A stretch of 63,437 nucleotides of DNA, filler included, from Chiloscyllium plagiosum (Eukaryota), in the NCBI RefSeq assembly GCF_004010195.1. It is 7 parts of one record of this genome, joined end to end, with 100 filler letters (N's around TTAATTAATTAA, not from the genome) between each part and the next. Parts side by side here need not be neighbours in the genome. Positions count along the whole stretch, not along the records: positions 1 to 11,797 come from NC_057716.1; positions 11,898 to 19,617 come from NC_057716.1; 5 more parts are not named here. One strand, 5' to 3'. Position 1 is the stretch's first letter, and every line of letters begins with the position of its first letter. Of this stretch, positions 1-12,597 are shown one piece after another. The position numbers and the translations under genes were made by a program. The notes under the pieces are model-generated. The model was not told the DNA's origin and did no database searches. It saw nothing but the letters and a program-made list of their open reading frames with translations.

Positions 1-1552
1 GGAAGGGGTGGATTGGACTTCCCAGATTTTAGGAAATATCAATTAAGTTCCCTATTAAGTTATATAGCTGATTGGGTCTTGTCTGATCCACATTCAATCT
101 GGTTGGACATCGAGGCTTCTCAAGTAAAATACCCACTTATTAACCTTTTATTCTCAGACAAGAGGAAAATCATTACAGATCACTGTAAAAACCCTATAAT
201 ACTGAATACAATCAAGGCTTGGAATATAATGCGGCAAAATGAGGGTAATTCACATAAAACATCCCCCTATGCACCGATAGTGGGAGCATGGGGATTCCAA
301 CCGGGGTTAACAGATGCCACTTTTAAACTCTGGAGATCCAGGGGTATCTCATGTCTCGGGGATTTATTTAAGGATGGGGTCCTGATGTCTTTTGGACAGC
401 TGCGTCAGAAATTCGGATTACCCAATGGAGACCTCTTTCGATACTTCCAAATTCGAGATTTTATACAGAAGAAGACTACGTTATTAGATAGTCTTTATAA
501 ATCCGATAGAGAATGTAGTGTCCTACGACCAGTGGGGGTATCTTCCGTCAGTAATATTTATCATTTGCTACATGATGAAGTATCGGGAGATATGGATTAT
601 CTGCTTAAAACATGGGATCAGGATCTGGGACTAGAAATCTCCACAGAAACGTGGAATGATATCTGGGAAAATGCTAGAAGAATTACTATTTGTAACAGAA
701 CCCAGGCTATCCAGCTGAAGATACTTCATAGGGCCCATATAGCACTGGTTCGATTGGCAAAATTTAAGGCAGGAGCATCTCCAATGTGTCCTAAATGCAA
801 AATAGAGGTGGGCACTCTTGTACATTGCTTATGGACCTGTCATAAGATCCGTAGATATTGGACTATAGTAGCAAGTACCCTGACAGAAATTTTAGGAACG
901 GAAATTGAAGTGGACCCTGTATCTCTCCTCTTGGGCTTTTCGAACTTTCCCTCCCTGGTCACGTACGGGAAGAGACTATTTTCTATTCTTTCTTTCTGTG
1001 CAAGGAAAAATATTTTGATGAACTGGGTGGCGGAGGGCCCCCCTGGACTTTCAAATTGGCACAGACTAATTATGGAATGTATTCCCCTTGACTTCCTTAC
1101 AAATATGGTGCACCGAAAGACCGAATTATTTTATAAAATATGGCAGCCCTTTTTGAACTACATAAATACAGATATTTCGGCTATCCTAACAAGGGCTTTT
1201 ATTTAATTGAGACTACAGACCTGGCTGGTCCGCGGCCCCTTGGGGGAGGAATCCCGCACGAATACGGGTTTTATCATATCTGATGTTAACACATTCCAAG
1301 CATGTAAGAGACTTAAATATACACCCTGGTTAGTTGTAGGTTAGATTAGTAGATAGTTGAGTTTTGTCTGTTTGTTTTTTTTTGTTGTTTTTTTTCCGGT
1401 TTTTTTTGTTGTTTTGTTTTTTTTTGTCAAATTTTGGATTGTATATTTGAGCTAATTGTATATCAATGTTTATATCTGAGAGTTTTGTTTATTTTTGTAA
1501 ACTTGTAAATTTCTAATAAAAATATCTATATAAAAAAAATTTTAAAAAAAAA
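1..1552 (+). mobile_element. L1-clade LINE, 3' end (ORF2 C-terminus, 3' UTR, polyA)
   Basis: Frame is open from base 1 to TAA at 1206. It has fish-type L1 ORF2 C-terminal motifs (GGLDFPDFRKY; GI..LGDLF..LMSF.QL..KFGLP; zinc knuckle CPKC..GTLVHCLWTC..I..YW; F.KIWQPF). A T-rich 3' UTR, AATAAA at 1515-1520 and an A-rich tail at 1532-1552 follow. Confidence 0.9.
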
Positions 1553-2812
1553 GTAGTATATTTTCTCTTCAGCTTAAATTTAAGAACTGCTTTAAAAAAA
1601 GTTTATTTTCCCTGGATGAACTTCACCGCCCTGGCATGAGGAACATTAAGTTGAAGAAAAAGCAATTTGCCTACTCAATACATATCATCCTGACTGATGC
1701 TTAAAGATATGCACTGAGCTGTTGCAAGCATCTCATTGGATAACAAAGTGCAGATTGTTTTATGTCTGCAGTTGCGCTTCGAATTGTTGTAATTAAGGTT
1801 TAAAATACATGATGATCATTTCGGAACTTGAGTCCTAAAGTGTGTAACAGATGTATAGTTTTAAGTTTGATTTAAATTTCTATATTGTGTGTTTATTAAG
1901 AAGGGAAACCATTATTGTAGTTCCATTTTAAATTTGTGGTGCAAAGATAGCTGAAATTTGTTGATGTGTGCATTCTTAATAAGAGTTTACAGTGTTGGAG
2001 TACAGCTTGAGGTGAACAGTTTTTAGTGCGTTAAAAACATGGGTAGAACGGAGAATAAAATTAGCTATTCCCAGCAACAAGGTGCCCATTGACACGCGGG
2101 TGTGGGTGGGGGGTTAAAGAAGGAAACAACTTCATTTTAGAAAGGCAATATGTACAAGTTCAATCAGAGTTTCAGTCTCCAGAAATGTCAAAGGTGGAGA
2201 AAGATTCCCGAGTTGCTTAGAAGAAAGCTCCAGAACAAGATAAGTGCCAGACTGTGGCAAACCCGGGTGTTTGCTTTGGCAGTGCTCAGGAGTCAATGAG
2301 AAGAAAGGTCCAGAAAACAATTAATATTGTACCAGCCGAACAAGGAACTCTGAAGTCGAGGATGACCTCGATGTTTGAGTATCTGTAAGGTGGTTGTTGA
2401 ATTCAGAGTTGAATCTTTATTTGATGTTGTAGTAAACTATTTCAAATGGTTCTTGTATAGGATAAGTTGTTTATTCCTCTTGCATGAAATAAGCTTTGAT
2501 ATTCTTTTGTTAAAAATACATTGGCACCCTCTTGTGAATATATTAAGTGACTGACCTCCATTGTAAATAAATTGCAAAGAATCTGAGATCTGACTTGACA
2601 AGTGTTATTATCAGCTGGGATCATAACACTAATTAAACAAAGTGAGTGGGCAATAGAGTAAATGATGTTGTGTCACTGATTGGAAAAACATATTTATGGA
2701 GTACTATCCAGAGCAAGTTAATCACATAAGAGGGAGAATGCTTTTCTGTGGATCATGTTTTTATAGAAGCAAGTAAACTGTGAATGTCATAAATATTTGT
2801 TTCTGTTTCTAG

Positions 2813-2963
2813 TTCAGACAGTTAAGACAGAACTATTTCGCCAACAGCAGCCCGCATTGACTCACATCATGAATTCACCACCAACCAGAGACAGTGTGTC
2901 CAACCGACGACTTAATGCTTCAAGTCAACAATTGCCAAAGTCCCCATATCGATCACAAATCAG
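2813..2963 (+). CDS. Probable internal (penultimate) exon of an unidentified host gene
   Basis: Pyrimidine tract + AG at 2811-2812 and donor AG|GTGAGC at 2964. Only one frame is open: QTVKTELFRQQQPALTHIMNSPPTRDSVSNRRLNASSQQLPKSPYRSQI. Non-repetitive sequence; product not recognised. Confidence 0.5.
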
Positions 2964-3414
2964 GTGAGCTACCAAACTATACCTGCATATCATGGATGCA
3001 TGATTAAAATCTGAAAACAATTCTAACATGCTCTGTAAACTTGAATCTGAGGTTTTTAGCCTTGTTATCTCATGGTAGATACACTCAAATGTCTCATATT
3101 ACCAGTCATGTTTGAGATCAGAATTATGATGGCTGGGAGCTTAATGGCTACACCTCCAAAATTCTGGTTTCCCACCGTTTAGGGAATACTACAATTTGAC
3201 TATCTTGGGTCCAAATTGGATGGCCTCAGTTTCCCAAATTGAAATCTGTTACAGTTTGATCTGTCCACCCATTATTGTATTTTCAGAATAGAAATTAGTT
3301 TCACTCTGAGGATTATAATTGCAGTCTAGACTACTTTTATGTAGGCTCATTGTAGCCCGTGCCACCCATCACACTCATAACCAGCATCAGTGCACAACTT
3401 CACTGTGATGGTAA

Positions 3415-3595
3415 CAAAAATAGCAATTACTGGAAAAGTTCAGCAGGTCTAGCAGCATCTGTGGAGAGAAATTAGAGTTAACAATCCAAAATGTCAACTA
3501 TTTCTCTCCACAGATGTTGCCAGACCTGAGCTTTTCCAGCAATTTCTATTTTTGTGTCTAATTTCCAGCTTCTGCGGTCCTTTCAGTTTTTATTC
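3415..3595. mobile_element. Short hairpin-type repeat, probably derived from a PLE terminal repeat
   Basis: Imperfect inverted arms (ctggaaaagttcagcaggtctagcagcatctgtggagagaaa / tttctctccacagatgttgccagacctgagcttttccag). They resemble the PLE family A termini elsewhere in the window; the central part is deleted. Confidence 0.55.
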
Positions 3596-4351
3596 AGGCT
3601 GATGGTGACACCTATACATCTTTTATAAATGTCAGGTCTCATTTCTCTCCTGGAGGAGGGCCCGACCAGTCGAGCCTCTCAAGCAGTCAAGACCCTGAAC
3701 GTTCGCTCACTGAATATATCCAGAGACTCGAAGCGATCCAGCAGCGGCTTGGAGGTACACAACCAATTTACTGTCAATACTCTATCTGCTCAGTCACAAC
3801 AGCCTGAATCCCTTGGTGTGTGAGATTTGCTTTTACAGTTTGATTTGTCTTCTCCCCTCCCCTTGTCAAGGTGGCCATTCTTCAAGAAGTTGAGTGTTGA
3901 TGGCATTCACCATGAAGGGTCTCACAGCTGAGCCCAATTCTACAATTATTCAGCACCTTTATGTATATTTTCACTGATAGCAATCTAAGGCAGGAATGCT
4001 GACCTTTTTGTTTTCCCTTGCCCACACTCCCAAATTGCCCTATCAGTTAATGTATTTTAATGTGTACAGGATGTAATTTCAGAAATTACAGGTCATGCAG
4101 AACTTGCTGTGGGGACGATAGTGTTAAATTTCAAGTAACAGACTGGTTTAGTGGGAAGGTGTAGTAGACGAAATTCAATTGAGTGAGGTGCAATGATGCA
4201 TTTTGCAAGGAAGACTGTTGAAGGGGTATATATTTGTAATATTTTATCCTATCAATGTTATTTTATTTTAAAATGTATTTGTCCCTTTTTTTTGTATTTG
4301 CCACTTGTGACCTTTCTCAATATTCTTTAACCATTGCTCTGTCTTTTCTAG

Positions 4352-4385
4352 GAACATCTCCTGGAACAGCTCGACACAGAAGTAG
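4352..4385 (+). CDS. Probable terminal coding exon of the same unidentified gene (3' UTR to ~4885)
   Basis: Strong acceptor (ctctgtcttttctAG, 4350-4351). Phase-compatible with 2813-2963, giving ...QI-R-NISWNSSTQK* (TAG 4383-4385). AT-rich UTR-like sequence follows, with AATAAA at 4561 and 4860/4864 and a GT-rich tract. Confidence 0.4.
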
Positions 4386-5339
4386 CCTGAAATAAGGTGG
4401 ACCTAGAATGAATACAAGACTGCAAAATTCCTGCTTTCTATCTAAACATATGTTTAAAGAAGTGTGTATGTATATTGATCAGTGTTGCGATCCAGGGGTA
4501 ATTATATGTTTAGGACAGCATCTGCACACTGCTTAAAGCACAGGAGAATCTTGTATTTAAAATAAACAGATGTTCTCTGTAGTGTTCACTAATACATGGG
4601 ATATTTCTGTGTCACCCTACACTGGAACATTCATTATTCAATCAGGCTGGGTGAGTTTTAGATTCACCATTGGATGTGTGTGCACATAACTTAGATTATC
4701 TTTAGAAGAATGAGAGTCGATGATCTAGATTTTTATTTTAGTCCATCTCCTCCAGAGTTGTCAGGCCAGAACCTGTGTAATAGTGTTTGCATCTATATGT
4801 ATCACACACAATTTTAAAGAGGTTATTTTTGTAAATGTTGGCTTTTGTTCTTTGCAGAAAATAAATAAACTTTACATAATGTGCTGTGAAAATGTGGTCG
4901 TACGTACACAATTCTACAGTTGCTTACTCAAATACCCTTTTTACCAGGGGAATCATTTACTTGCCCACCTTCTGGAATTCTTTTCCAAAAACATTTCAAC
5001 TCCTTACTCCACCCCTGTTCTTCTCTGCCTATCTCTCTGGAGCCAAAGTTCCAGTTTAGAGCTTTTCCAGATGAAAGGTTATCCAGATGAGGCCTTAAGG
5101 CCCTCAATAACTAGTTGTTATGGCTTCAGCCTGGGAACATAGCTGCCTGTTCTGAGCTTGAAATGAATTGATAGCCAGTCCTGAGTCTCCCTGGCTGCTG
5201 TACTGATGTTATAATATAGAGCGGAATTCTGCACACATGAGAATAGGAGCTAGAATAGGCCAATGGGCACTTCCAAGCTGCTCCACCATTCAGTAAAATC
5301 ATGGACAATTTTCTGCCTAAACTCTCTTCCTGCGTTGTC

Positions 5340-5735
5340 ACCATTATTGTTTGGTACCACAGAACTTCAATTTTGCTGAAGTATACACCACACAAATTAA
5401 TACCCAGGACCCTGTCTTTTCAGATAGAAAGGGTATGTACATGCACTACATGAGTTTCAAGTCAACAAAATAGGTAGCAGCAATTTCCTGGTTTATTTCT
5501 CAGAGCAGGATCTTGACCAATCAATCACTATGCTTTGTTTAAGATGGAAACAAAGCTTGACAATTAACTGTCATAATTTACTGTTGCATTAATGCTATCA
5601 ATCAGAACCCACATACCTACCATACAGTAGGAATGTTGTTTTCCTTTTTTTTTAAACATTTCTTGCAATATTACTGATGAGTGTTGGATGAAAAGCATTA
5701 ACAAAATGCCTTTTTCTCATAAGTAAAATCAATAA
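5340..5735 (+). mobile_element. Degenerate Penelope-like element 3' end (family E) with decayed hammerhead motif
   Basis: Remnant resembling a PLE GIY-YIG C-terminus (..INTQDPV..KGYVHAL), then CTGATGA-gtgttggat-GAAA-agcatta at 5674-5700. Related pieces occur at 8085-8292 and, inverted, at ~6240-6360. Confidence 0.45.
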
Positions 5736-6369
5736 AAATCTATCAGTTCCTGCCTTGAATTTACTCAACTGTACATCAGCAGCCCTCTGAGGTAGAGAAC
5801 TCCCAAAGATTCACAACCCTTTGAAGAAATCTCACCTCTGGTTTCATTTGGCCAATTGGAAAATGATGAGAAACTCTAGACCTATATTGAAGATCCGTCA
5901 GACAAAAATTTCTACTCTTACCAAACAGTAGTCATGTTTTATCCACTTACCCAACCGCCCATATCTGTGTACACAGCATTTTTGAATCATCTTAACTATT
6001 CATTTTTCATCAAGTTTGTATAATGACTGAACTTAAATGCTGTACACTCTACATGCTATAACAGTGTAGATTTTATAAACAGCTAAGATCCGAGCATTGA
6101 TCCTGGAGTAGTCTATTAGTTACAGGCTGCCAAATTGAAAATCTTTAATCTTATTCCATGAAGTAATCTTCAATCTCTGTTAATTTTAAGCTCAATACCT
6201 TCAGTCCTAATTTTGTGAACTAATTACTTAGTAGTACAGGACAGGAATTTTGCTGTGAAGAGAGGCATTTTCCTGATGTTTTCATCGCTTACTCATCAGG
6301 ACAAATGCAAGAATGCCAAATTTCAAATCACAATTTATGCAGTGGACTGAAAAACCTGCTAATTGAACA

Positions 6370-8370
6370 GAGACCAATACAGCATGGGAACAGACACTTT
6401 AGTCCTGCAAGCCTGTTCTGACACCTTTTGTTCTTCAATAATAAAACTGTCTTCACTTGCAGGATCCATATTCCTCTATTCCCTTCCTATTCGTGTTTGT
6501 CCAGGTGTTTATTGAATGTTGCTACTGTGTCTGCTTCCACCACCACCACCTCTGGCAATGTGTTTCAGGCCGTTACCACTCTTTGTGTGAAAAACTTGCC
6601 TCACACATCTCTTTTGCCTCACACATGTCCCCACCCCACCCCCTTGAACCTGTGTCCTCTAGTGATTGACTACTCCTCCCCAGAAACAACCCTCATATTT
6701 TCCACTTTATGACTGCCATTCACAGTCTTCTAAACCCCTATCAGGTTACCCCTTTACCTTCTGTATTCTAGTTAATGCAACCCAATCTATCCAATCTTTC
6801 TTCATAGCTAAAATCCCCCATACCAGGCAATATCCTGGTAAGTATTTTCTGTACCCTCTCCAAAGCATTTCTTCTGGTAGTATGGTGACCAGAACTGTAC
6901 GCAATGTTCCAGGTGTATCCCAACCAAAGTTCTATAAAGCTGCAGCTATTGTAATATTCAATGCCTGCATGCCATAGGCCTTTTTTTACTACTTTACCTC
7001 CGCTGCCACCTTCAGTGATCTGTGGACCTGCACACGCGGACCCCTCTGCATATCAATACTCCTAAGGGCTCTGCCATTCACTCTATAATTCTCACCTGTA
7101 CCTGACCTTCCAAAGTAAATCACCTCACATTTGTCCAGATTAAACTTTGTCTACCATTTTTCTGCTCATGTCTCTCAACTGATCTATATCCTGCTGTATC
7201 CTCTGACAATCTTTCCCACCATTTCCAACTCCATGAATCTGTGCATTGTCCACAAGCATACTAAGTAGACCAGCTATGTTTTCCTTCAAATCATTTATGT
7301 AGACCACGAACAGCACTGATCCCTGTAGAACACCACTAGTTACAATCCTCCATTCCTAAAAGCATCCTAAGCCAGTTCTGTATCCATCCTGCCAGCTCAC
7401 CCATGATACTATATGACTTCACTTTTTGTACCAGTCTGCCATGAGGGACCTTGTCAAAGGCTTTAATGAAGTTAACAACATCAACTACTTTTCCCTCAAT
7501 CACCTTCATCACCTTAAAAATCTCGGATCAAGTTAGTCAGGCACGACCTCCCCACACAGAACCATGATGTGTATTGTTAATAAATACATTTGCTTCTAAA
7601 TGCATATAGATCTCCCTCAGAATCTTTCCAACAATTTCCCTACCACCTTGACGCTCACAGAACCGTAATTTCCTGGATTATCGCTGCTACCCTTCTATTC
7701 TCCAGTCTCTGGGACCTCACCTGTTGACAAAGATGTCTGTCAATCCTCTATAGTTTGTTCTCTTGCCTCTCTCAAAATCAACCGTAATATTTTTTAGGAC
7801 GCACAACACCTTCAACTTGGCCTGGAAATTCAACACGCCATTACCTGGGATCATCTTCCACCAATTCCTTCTCTTTGGTGAATATCGATACAAAATATTC
7901 ATTTAGAACCTCACTTATCTCTTCTGGCTCCACAAATAGATTCCCTCCTTTGTCCTTGAGTGGGCCAACCGTTTCCCTGGTTACCCTCTTGCTTTTCACA
8001 TATGGATAAAAAGCCCTGGGATTCTCCTTAATCCCCTTTGCTAGTGAAGTTTCGTGACCTCTTCTCGCTCTTCTAATTCCTAGTGAAAGGGTATGTACAT
8101 GCACTACATGAGTTTCAAGTCAACAAAATAGGTAGCAGCAATTTCCTGGTTTATTTCTCAGGGCAGAATCTTGACCAATCAATCACTATACTTTGTTTAA
8201 GATGGGAACAAAGCTTGACAATTAACTGTCATAATTTACTGTTGCATTCTCCATGTTAAATGCTATCAATCAGAACCTACATACCTACCATAACCTTCCT
8301 TGTTTAAGTTCTTTCTGACTTTCCTTATCTACTTAAAGGGCTTCATCATTTCCCATCCTCCTCGACCTTA
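6370..8370 (-). mobile_element. Degenerate CR1 LINE ORF2/3' end
   Basis: Minus-strand remnants such as LAKGIKENPRAFYPYVKSKRVTRETVGPLKD..LNEYFVSIFTKE, plus a CR1-type 3' UTR near 6370-6700. Confidence 0.8.
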
Positions 8371-8379
8371 CATATTTTG

Positions 8380-11300
8380 TTTCAGCTGCAGGAAGAGCGG
8401 GAGCATCGACCAGGGGGCTGACAGGAAAGTGAGCCACTGATGTAAAAACTTGCCTTGTGAATAGGCAGAAAGCATACTGAGCAGGAACGGACACGGGACT
8501 GCTGAATAAGTGAAGTAATATATTTGGGTGGTTGCATGATCCAAAAAACTACTCAGGTAGTGTCTCCCGCCCATCCTCCTCCTCTAACCAGAAAAACATT
8601 CTGTGGGCTGGATTGGTAAGGTAACTAGTTTTGTTTTGTTCTTTATTTCTCTACAGTCTCTTTGGGATTTTAAAATGGCGGTTAGGGCAGTTGAAAGTTC
8701 CTCCTGCAGAATGTCGGAGGTAAGGGTCACCACTTGTGTCCCTGCTGACTTCCTCTGCGAGAAGTGCACCCAACTCCAGCTCCTCAAACAGAGGGAGCTG
8801 GAGCTGGAGCTGGATGAACTTCGGATCATTTGGGAGGCGGAGGGCTTGTTGAGAGTAATTATCTCCAGGCTAATGCTATCATTCAGGTATAAGGAAAAGG
8901 CAGATGGGCTACAGTCAGGATGTTGGAAAGGAACTGGCAGAAAGTGCAGGGATCCCCTGTGGCCATTCCCCTCAATAACAAGTATACTGTTTTGGATACT
9001 GTTGTGGGGGAGGGGGTGGGGTGGGGAGGTTGGGGAAATAGATGATTTATCAGGGGTAAACCCTGGGGTACAGGTCTCTGGCACACAGGCTGTCCCTGTT
9101 GCTCAGACAGGAAGGGGCAGGGTAGTGGGGAGGAGGGGAGAACAGCAGAGCATTTGTCATTGGGGACTCCATAGTTAGGGGGACAGGTTCTGTGGAAATG
9201 AGGCGTTGCCTCCCAGATGCCAGCATTCCTGATGTCTCGGATTGTGTTTTTGGGATCCTTAAGGGGGAGGAGAGCAGCCCCAAGTCTTGGTTTATATAGG
9301 CACTACCGACATTGGTAGGAAAAGGGATCTGAGGTTTTAAGGCAGAAATTCAGGAGTTAGGTTGGAGGCTTAGTGCTAGAACAAAGAGTTGTTATCTCTG
9401 GTTTATTGTCCTTGCCACGTGCTAGCGAGGCGAGGAATAAGGAGAGAGAGGAGTTGAAAACGTGGCGACAGGGGTGGTGCAGCGGGGAGAGTTTTGGATA
9501 ATTGGGGCTTATTCTAGGGTAGGTGGGACCTCTACAAACAGGATGGTCTACACCTGAACCAGAGGGGTACCAATATCCTGGGGGCAAAGTTTGCTAATGC
9601 TCTTCGGGAGGGTTTAAACTAACTCAGCAGGGGGATGGGAACCTAAATTGTAGTTCCAGTATCCAGGAGGTTGAGAGTAGTCAGGTCAGAAATGAGGTTT
9701 CAAGGTCGCAAGAGTTCACTGGCAAGCAGGAAGGTGGTTTGAAGTGTGTCTACTTCAACGCTATGAGCGCCCGGAATGAGGTGGGTGAATTCGCAGAATG
9801 GATTGATACCTGGAACTTCGATGTTGTGGCCATTTCAGAGATGTGGGTAGAGCAGGGATAGGACTGGTTGTTGCAGGTTCTGGGATGTAGATTTTTCATT
9901 AAGAGCAAATAAGGTGTAAAAGAGGCGGAGGTGTGGCATTGTTAGTCAAGGACAGTATTACAGTGGCAGAAAGGACAATTGAGGACTCGTCTACTGAGGT
10001 AGAATGGGCTGAGCTTAGAAACAGGAAAGGAGAGGTCACCTTGTTGGGAGTTTTCTATAGGCCTCAATAGTTCCAGAAATGTAGAGGAAAGGATAGCAAA
10101 AATAATTCTGGATAGGAGCAAGAGTAACAGGGTAGTTGATATGGGATCTTTAACTTTCCAAATATTGACTAGAAATACTATAGTTCAAGTACTTTAGATG
10201 GATCAGTTTTTGTCTAATGTGTGCAGGATGGTTTCCTGACACAGTATGTAGACAGGCCAACAAGGGGCGGTTTATTTTAGCAACGGAAAGGGATAGGTAT
10301 ATACAGCAGAGGAAGAGATATTGCTGTGTGAAAGGCAATTATGATGTGATTCAACACGATTTAGGATGCATAGGATGGGGAATGAAACTGCAGGGGTTAG
10401 GCACAATTGAAATGTGGAATTTATTCAAGCAACAACCACTGCGTGTCCTTGATAAGTATGTACTATCAGGCAGGGAGGAAGTTGTCGAGCGAGGGACCGG
10501 TGGCTTACTAAAGAAGTTGAATCTCTTGTCAAGAGAAAGAAGGCGGCTTATGTTAGGATGAGATGTGATGGCTCAGGATGCTTGAGAGTTACAAGTTAGT
10601 CAAGAAAGACATAAAGAGAGGGCTAAGAAGAGTCAGGAGGGGACATGAGAAGTCGTTGATAGTTGGATCAAGGAAAATCCTAAAGCTTTCTATAGGTATA
10701 TCAGAAATAAATGAATGACTAGAGAAAAATTAGACCCAATCAAGGATAATAGTAGGAAGTTGTGTGTGGAATCCAAGGGTGTGCAGGATGGTTTCCTGAC
10801 ACAGTATGTAGACAGGCCAATAAGGGGCGGTTTATTTTAGCAACGGAAAGGGATAGAGAAAAATTAGACCCAATCAAGGATAATAGTAGGACGTTGTGTG
10901 TGGAATCCAAGGGCATAGAGGAGCTAAATGAATATTTTTCATCAGTATTCACACTGGAAAATGACAATTTATTCGAAGAGAATACTGAGATACCGGCTAT
11001 TAGACTAGACAGGATTGAGATTCACAAGGACGAGGTGTTAGCAATTCTGGAAAGTGTGAAAATGGATAAATTCCCTGGGCCGGATGGGATTTATCCTCAG
11101 ATTCTCTAGGAAGCTGGGAAGGAGATTGCAGAGCCTTTGGCTTTGATCTTTCTATCATTATTGACTATAAGAATAGTGCCAGAAGACTGGAGGATAGCAA
11201 ATGTTGTCCCCTTGTTCAAGAAGGGGAGTAAAGACAACCCTGGTAATAATAGACTAGTGAGCCCTTTTTTGGTGGTTGTGGTAAAGTGTTGGAAGGGATT

Positions 11301-11497
11301 ATAAGAGGATTTATAATCATCTAGAGAGGAATAATTTGATTATGGAAAGTCAACACGGTTTTGTGAAGGGTAGGTCGTGCCTCACAAACTTTATTCAGTT
11401 CTCTGAGAAGGTGACCAAACAGGTGGATGAGAGTAAAGCAGTTGATGTGGTATGTATGAATTTCAGTAAGGCGTTTGATAAGGTACCCTACAGTGGG
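8380..11497 (+). mobile_element. CR1 LINE, 5' part: ORF1 (Zn finger + SGNH esterase) and ORF2 (APE endonuclease, RT start), degenerate
   Basis: ORF1 shows MAVRAVESSSCRM..DFLCEKC..LELELDELR, then IGDSIVRG and DGLHLN esterase motifs. ORF2 shows VYFNA, FYRP, LNEYFSSVFT and PGPDGIYP. Many stops and frameshifts. Confidence 0.88.
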
Positions 11498-11797
11498 CAA
11501 TAGACAATAGGTGCAGGAGTAGGCCAGTCTGCCCTTCGAGCCTGCACCACCATTCAATATGATCATGGCTGATCATCCTTAATCAGTATCCTGTTCCTGC
11601 CTTATCTCCATAACCCTTGATTCCACTATCCTTGAGAGCTCTATCCAACTCTTTCTTAAATGAATCCAGAGACTGGGCCTCCATTGCCCTCTGGGGCAGA
11701 GCATTCCACACAGCCACCACTCTCTGGGTGAAGAAGTTTCTCCCCATCTCTGTCCTAAATGGTCTACCCCGTATTTTTAAGCTGTCTCCTCTGGTTC
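11498..11797 (-). mobile_element. CR1 3' tail inserted antisense into the preceding CR1
   Basis: Reverse complement of a CR1 3' UTR (caatagacaataggtgcaggagtaggcc...gagcctgcaccaccattcaatatgatcatggctgatc). It runs into the gap. Confidence 0.75.
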
Positions 11798-11897
11798 NNN
11801 NNNNNNNNNNNNNNNNNNNNNNNNNNNNNNNNNNNNNNNNNTTAATTAATTAANNNNNNNNNNNNNNNNNNNNNNNNNNNNNNNNNNNNNNNNNNNN
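11798..11897. other. Artificial scaffold join (44 N + TTAATTAATTAA + 44 N); identical joins at 19618-19717, 35478-35577, 46633-46732, 53649-53748, 60889-60988
   Basis: Six identical 100-bp blocks. TTAATTAATTAA puts stop codons in all six frames. Confidence 0.97.
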
Positions 11898-12570
11898 TAA
11901 ATGCCATCAGGCCCAGGGGACTTATCTATTTTCACCCTTTCCAGAATTTCCAACACCTCTTTTCTACATACCTCAAAGCCATCCATTCGACTTAATTGAC
12001 CTTACTAAAATCCATGTAGGCAATATCCGCTGCTGTATCCTTGATCACCTTTGTCAGCTATTGTTTTGGGGTGACCATTGCTTTGTAATTGCAGCAGTTC
12101 TGATGTAGTCTTTGGTTGCCAGTCAAAGAAAGCAGACCCTATTGTCAGTGACACTTGAGAAGTTTCTGGTCAGCCAGAGGGTACTTGAATGTTGAATGTG
12201 TGCTGGCTTTAATTTGTGTTCACTGTCAGTCATTCATGGGTTTTCCAATTACCAGGCAAGACACTGCTGGTCCCAGCTTTGTGATCTGCCACCTGGAGCT
12301 AAAGTAATCTCATGCAAATCCCATTTTCACAAACCAATTTCATTATGTAATGAGTTTCGCTGAAAGCTAGTTAGGTTTGGGAAAGGCTGGGGGAAGGGAG
12401 AGGCTTGAAATAAACAGTGTAAGCGTGGAACTGTGTTTAGAAAGTGCGCAGCTTCATGCCACTTGACCTGCTGTCTGAGTGACAGCCCAGTAACTCGAGC
12501 TGAAGCACCTGTGCTGCATTCCATTGCCACAGCCACAGCACATTCAACTTCCCAAATAATTATCCTATGT

Positions 12571-12597
12571 ACACACACACACACACACACACACACA
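12571..12597. repeat. (CA)n microsatellite
   Basis: About 13 AC units read directly. Confidence 0.95.

Noticed and set aside
1841..2628. Possible solo LTR (TGT...ACA ends, AT-rich 3' part ending gggatcataaca)
   Set aside because: No second copy, no exact adjacent TSD, no PBS or PPT visible; cannot be supported without a library search.
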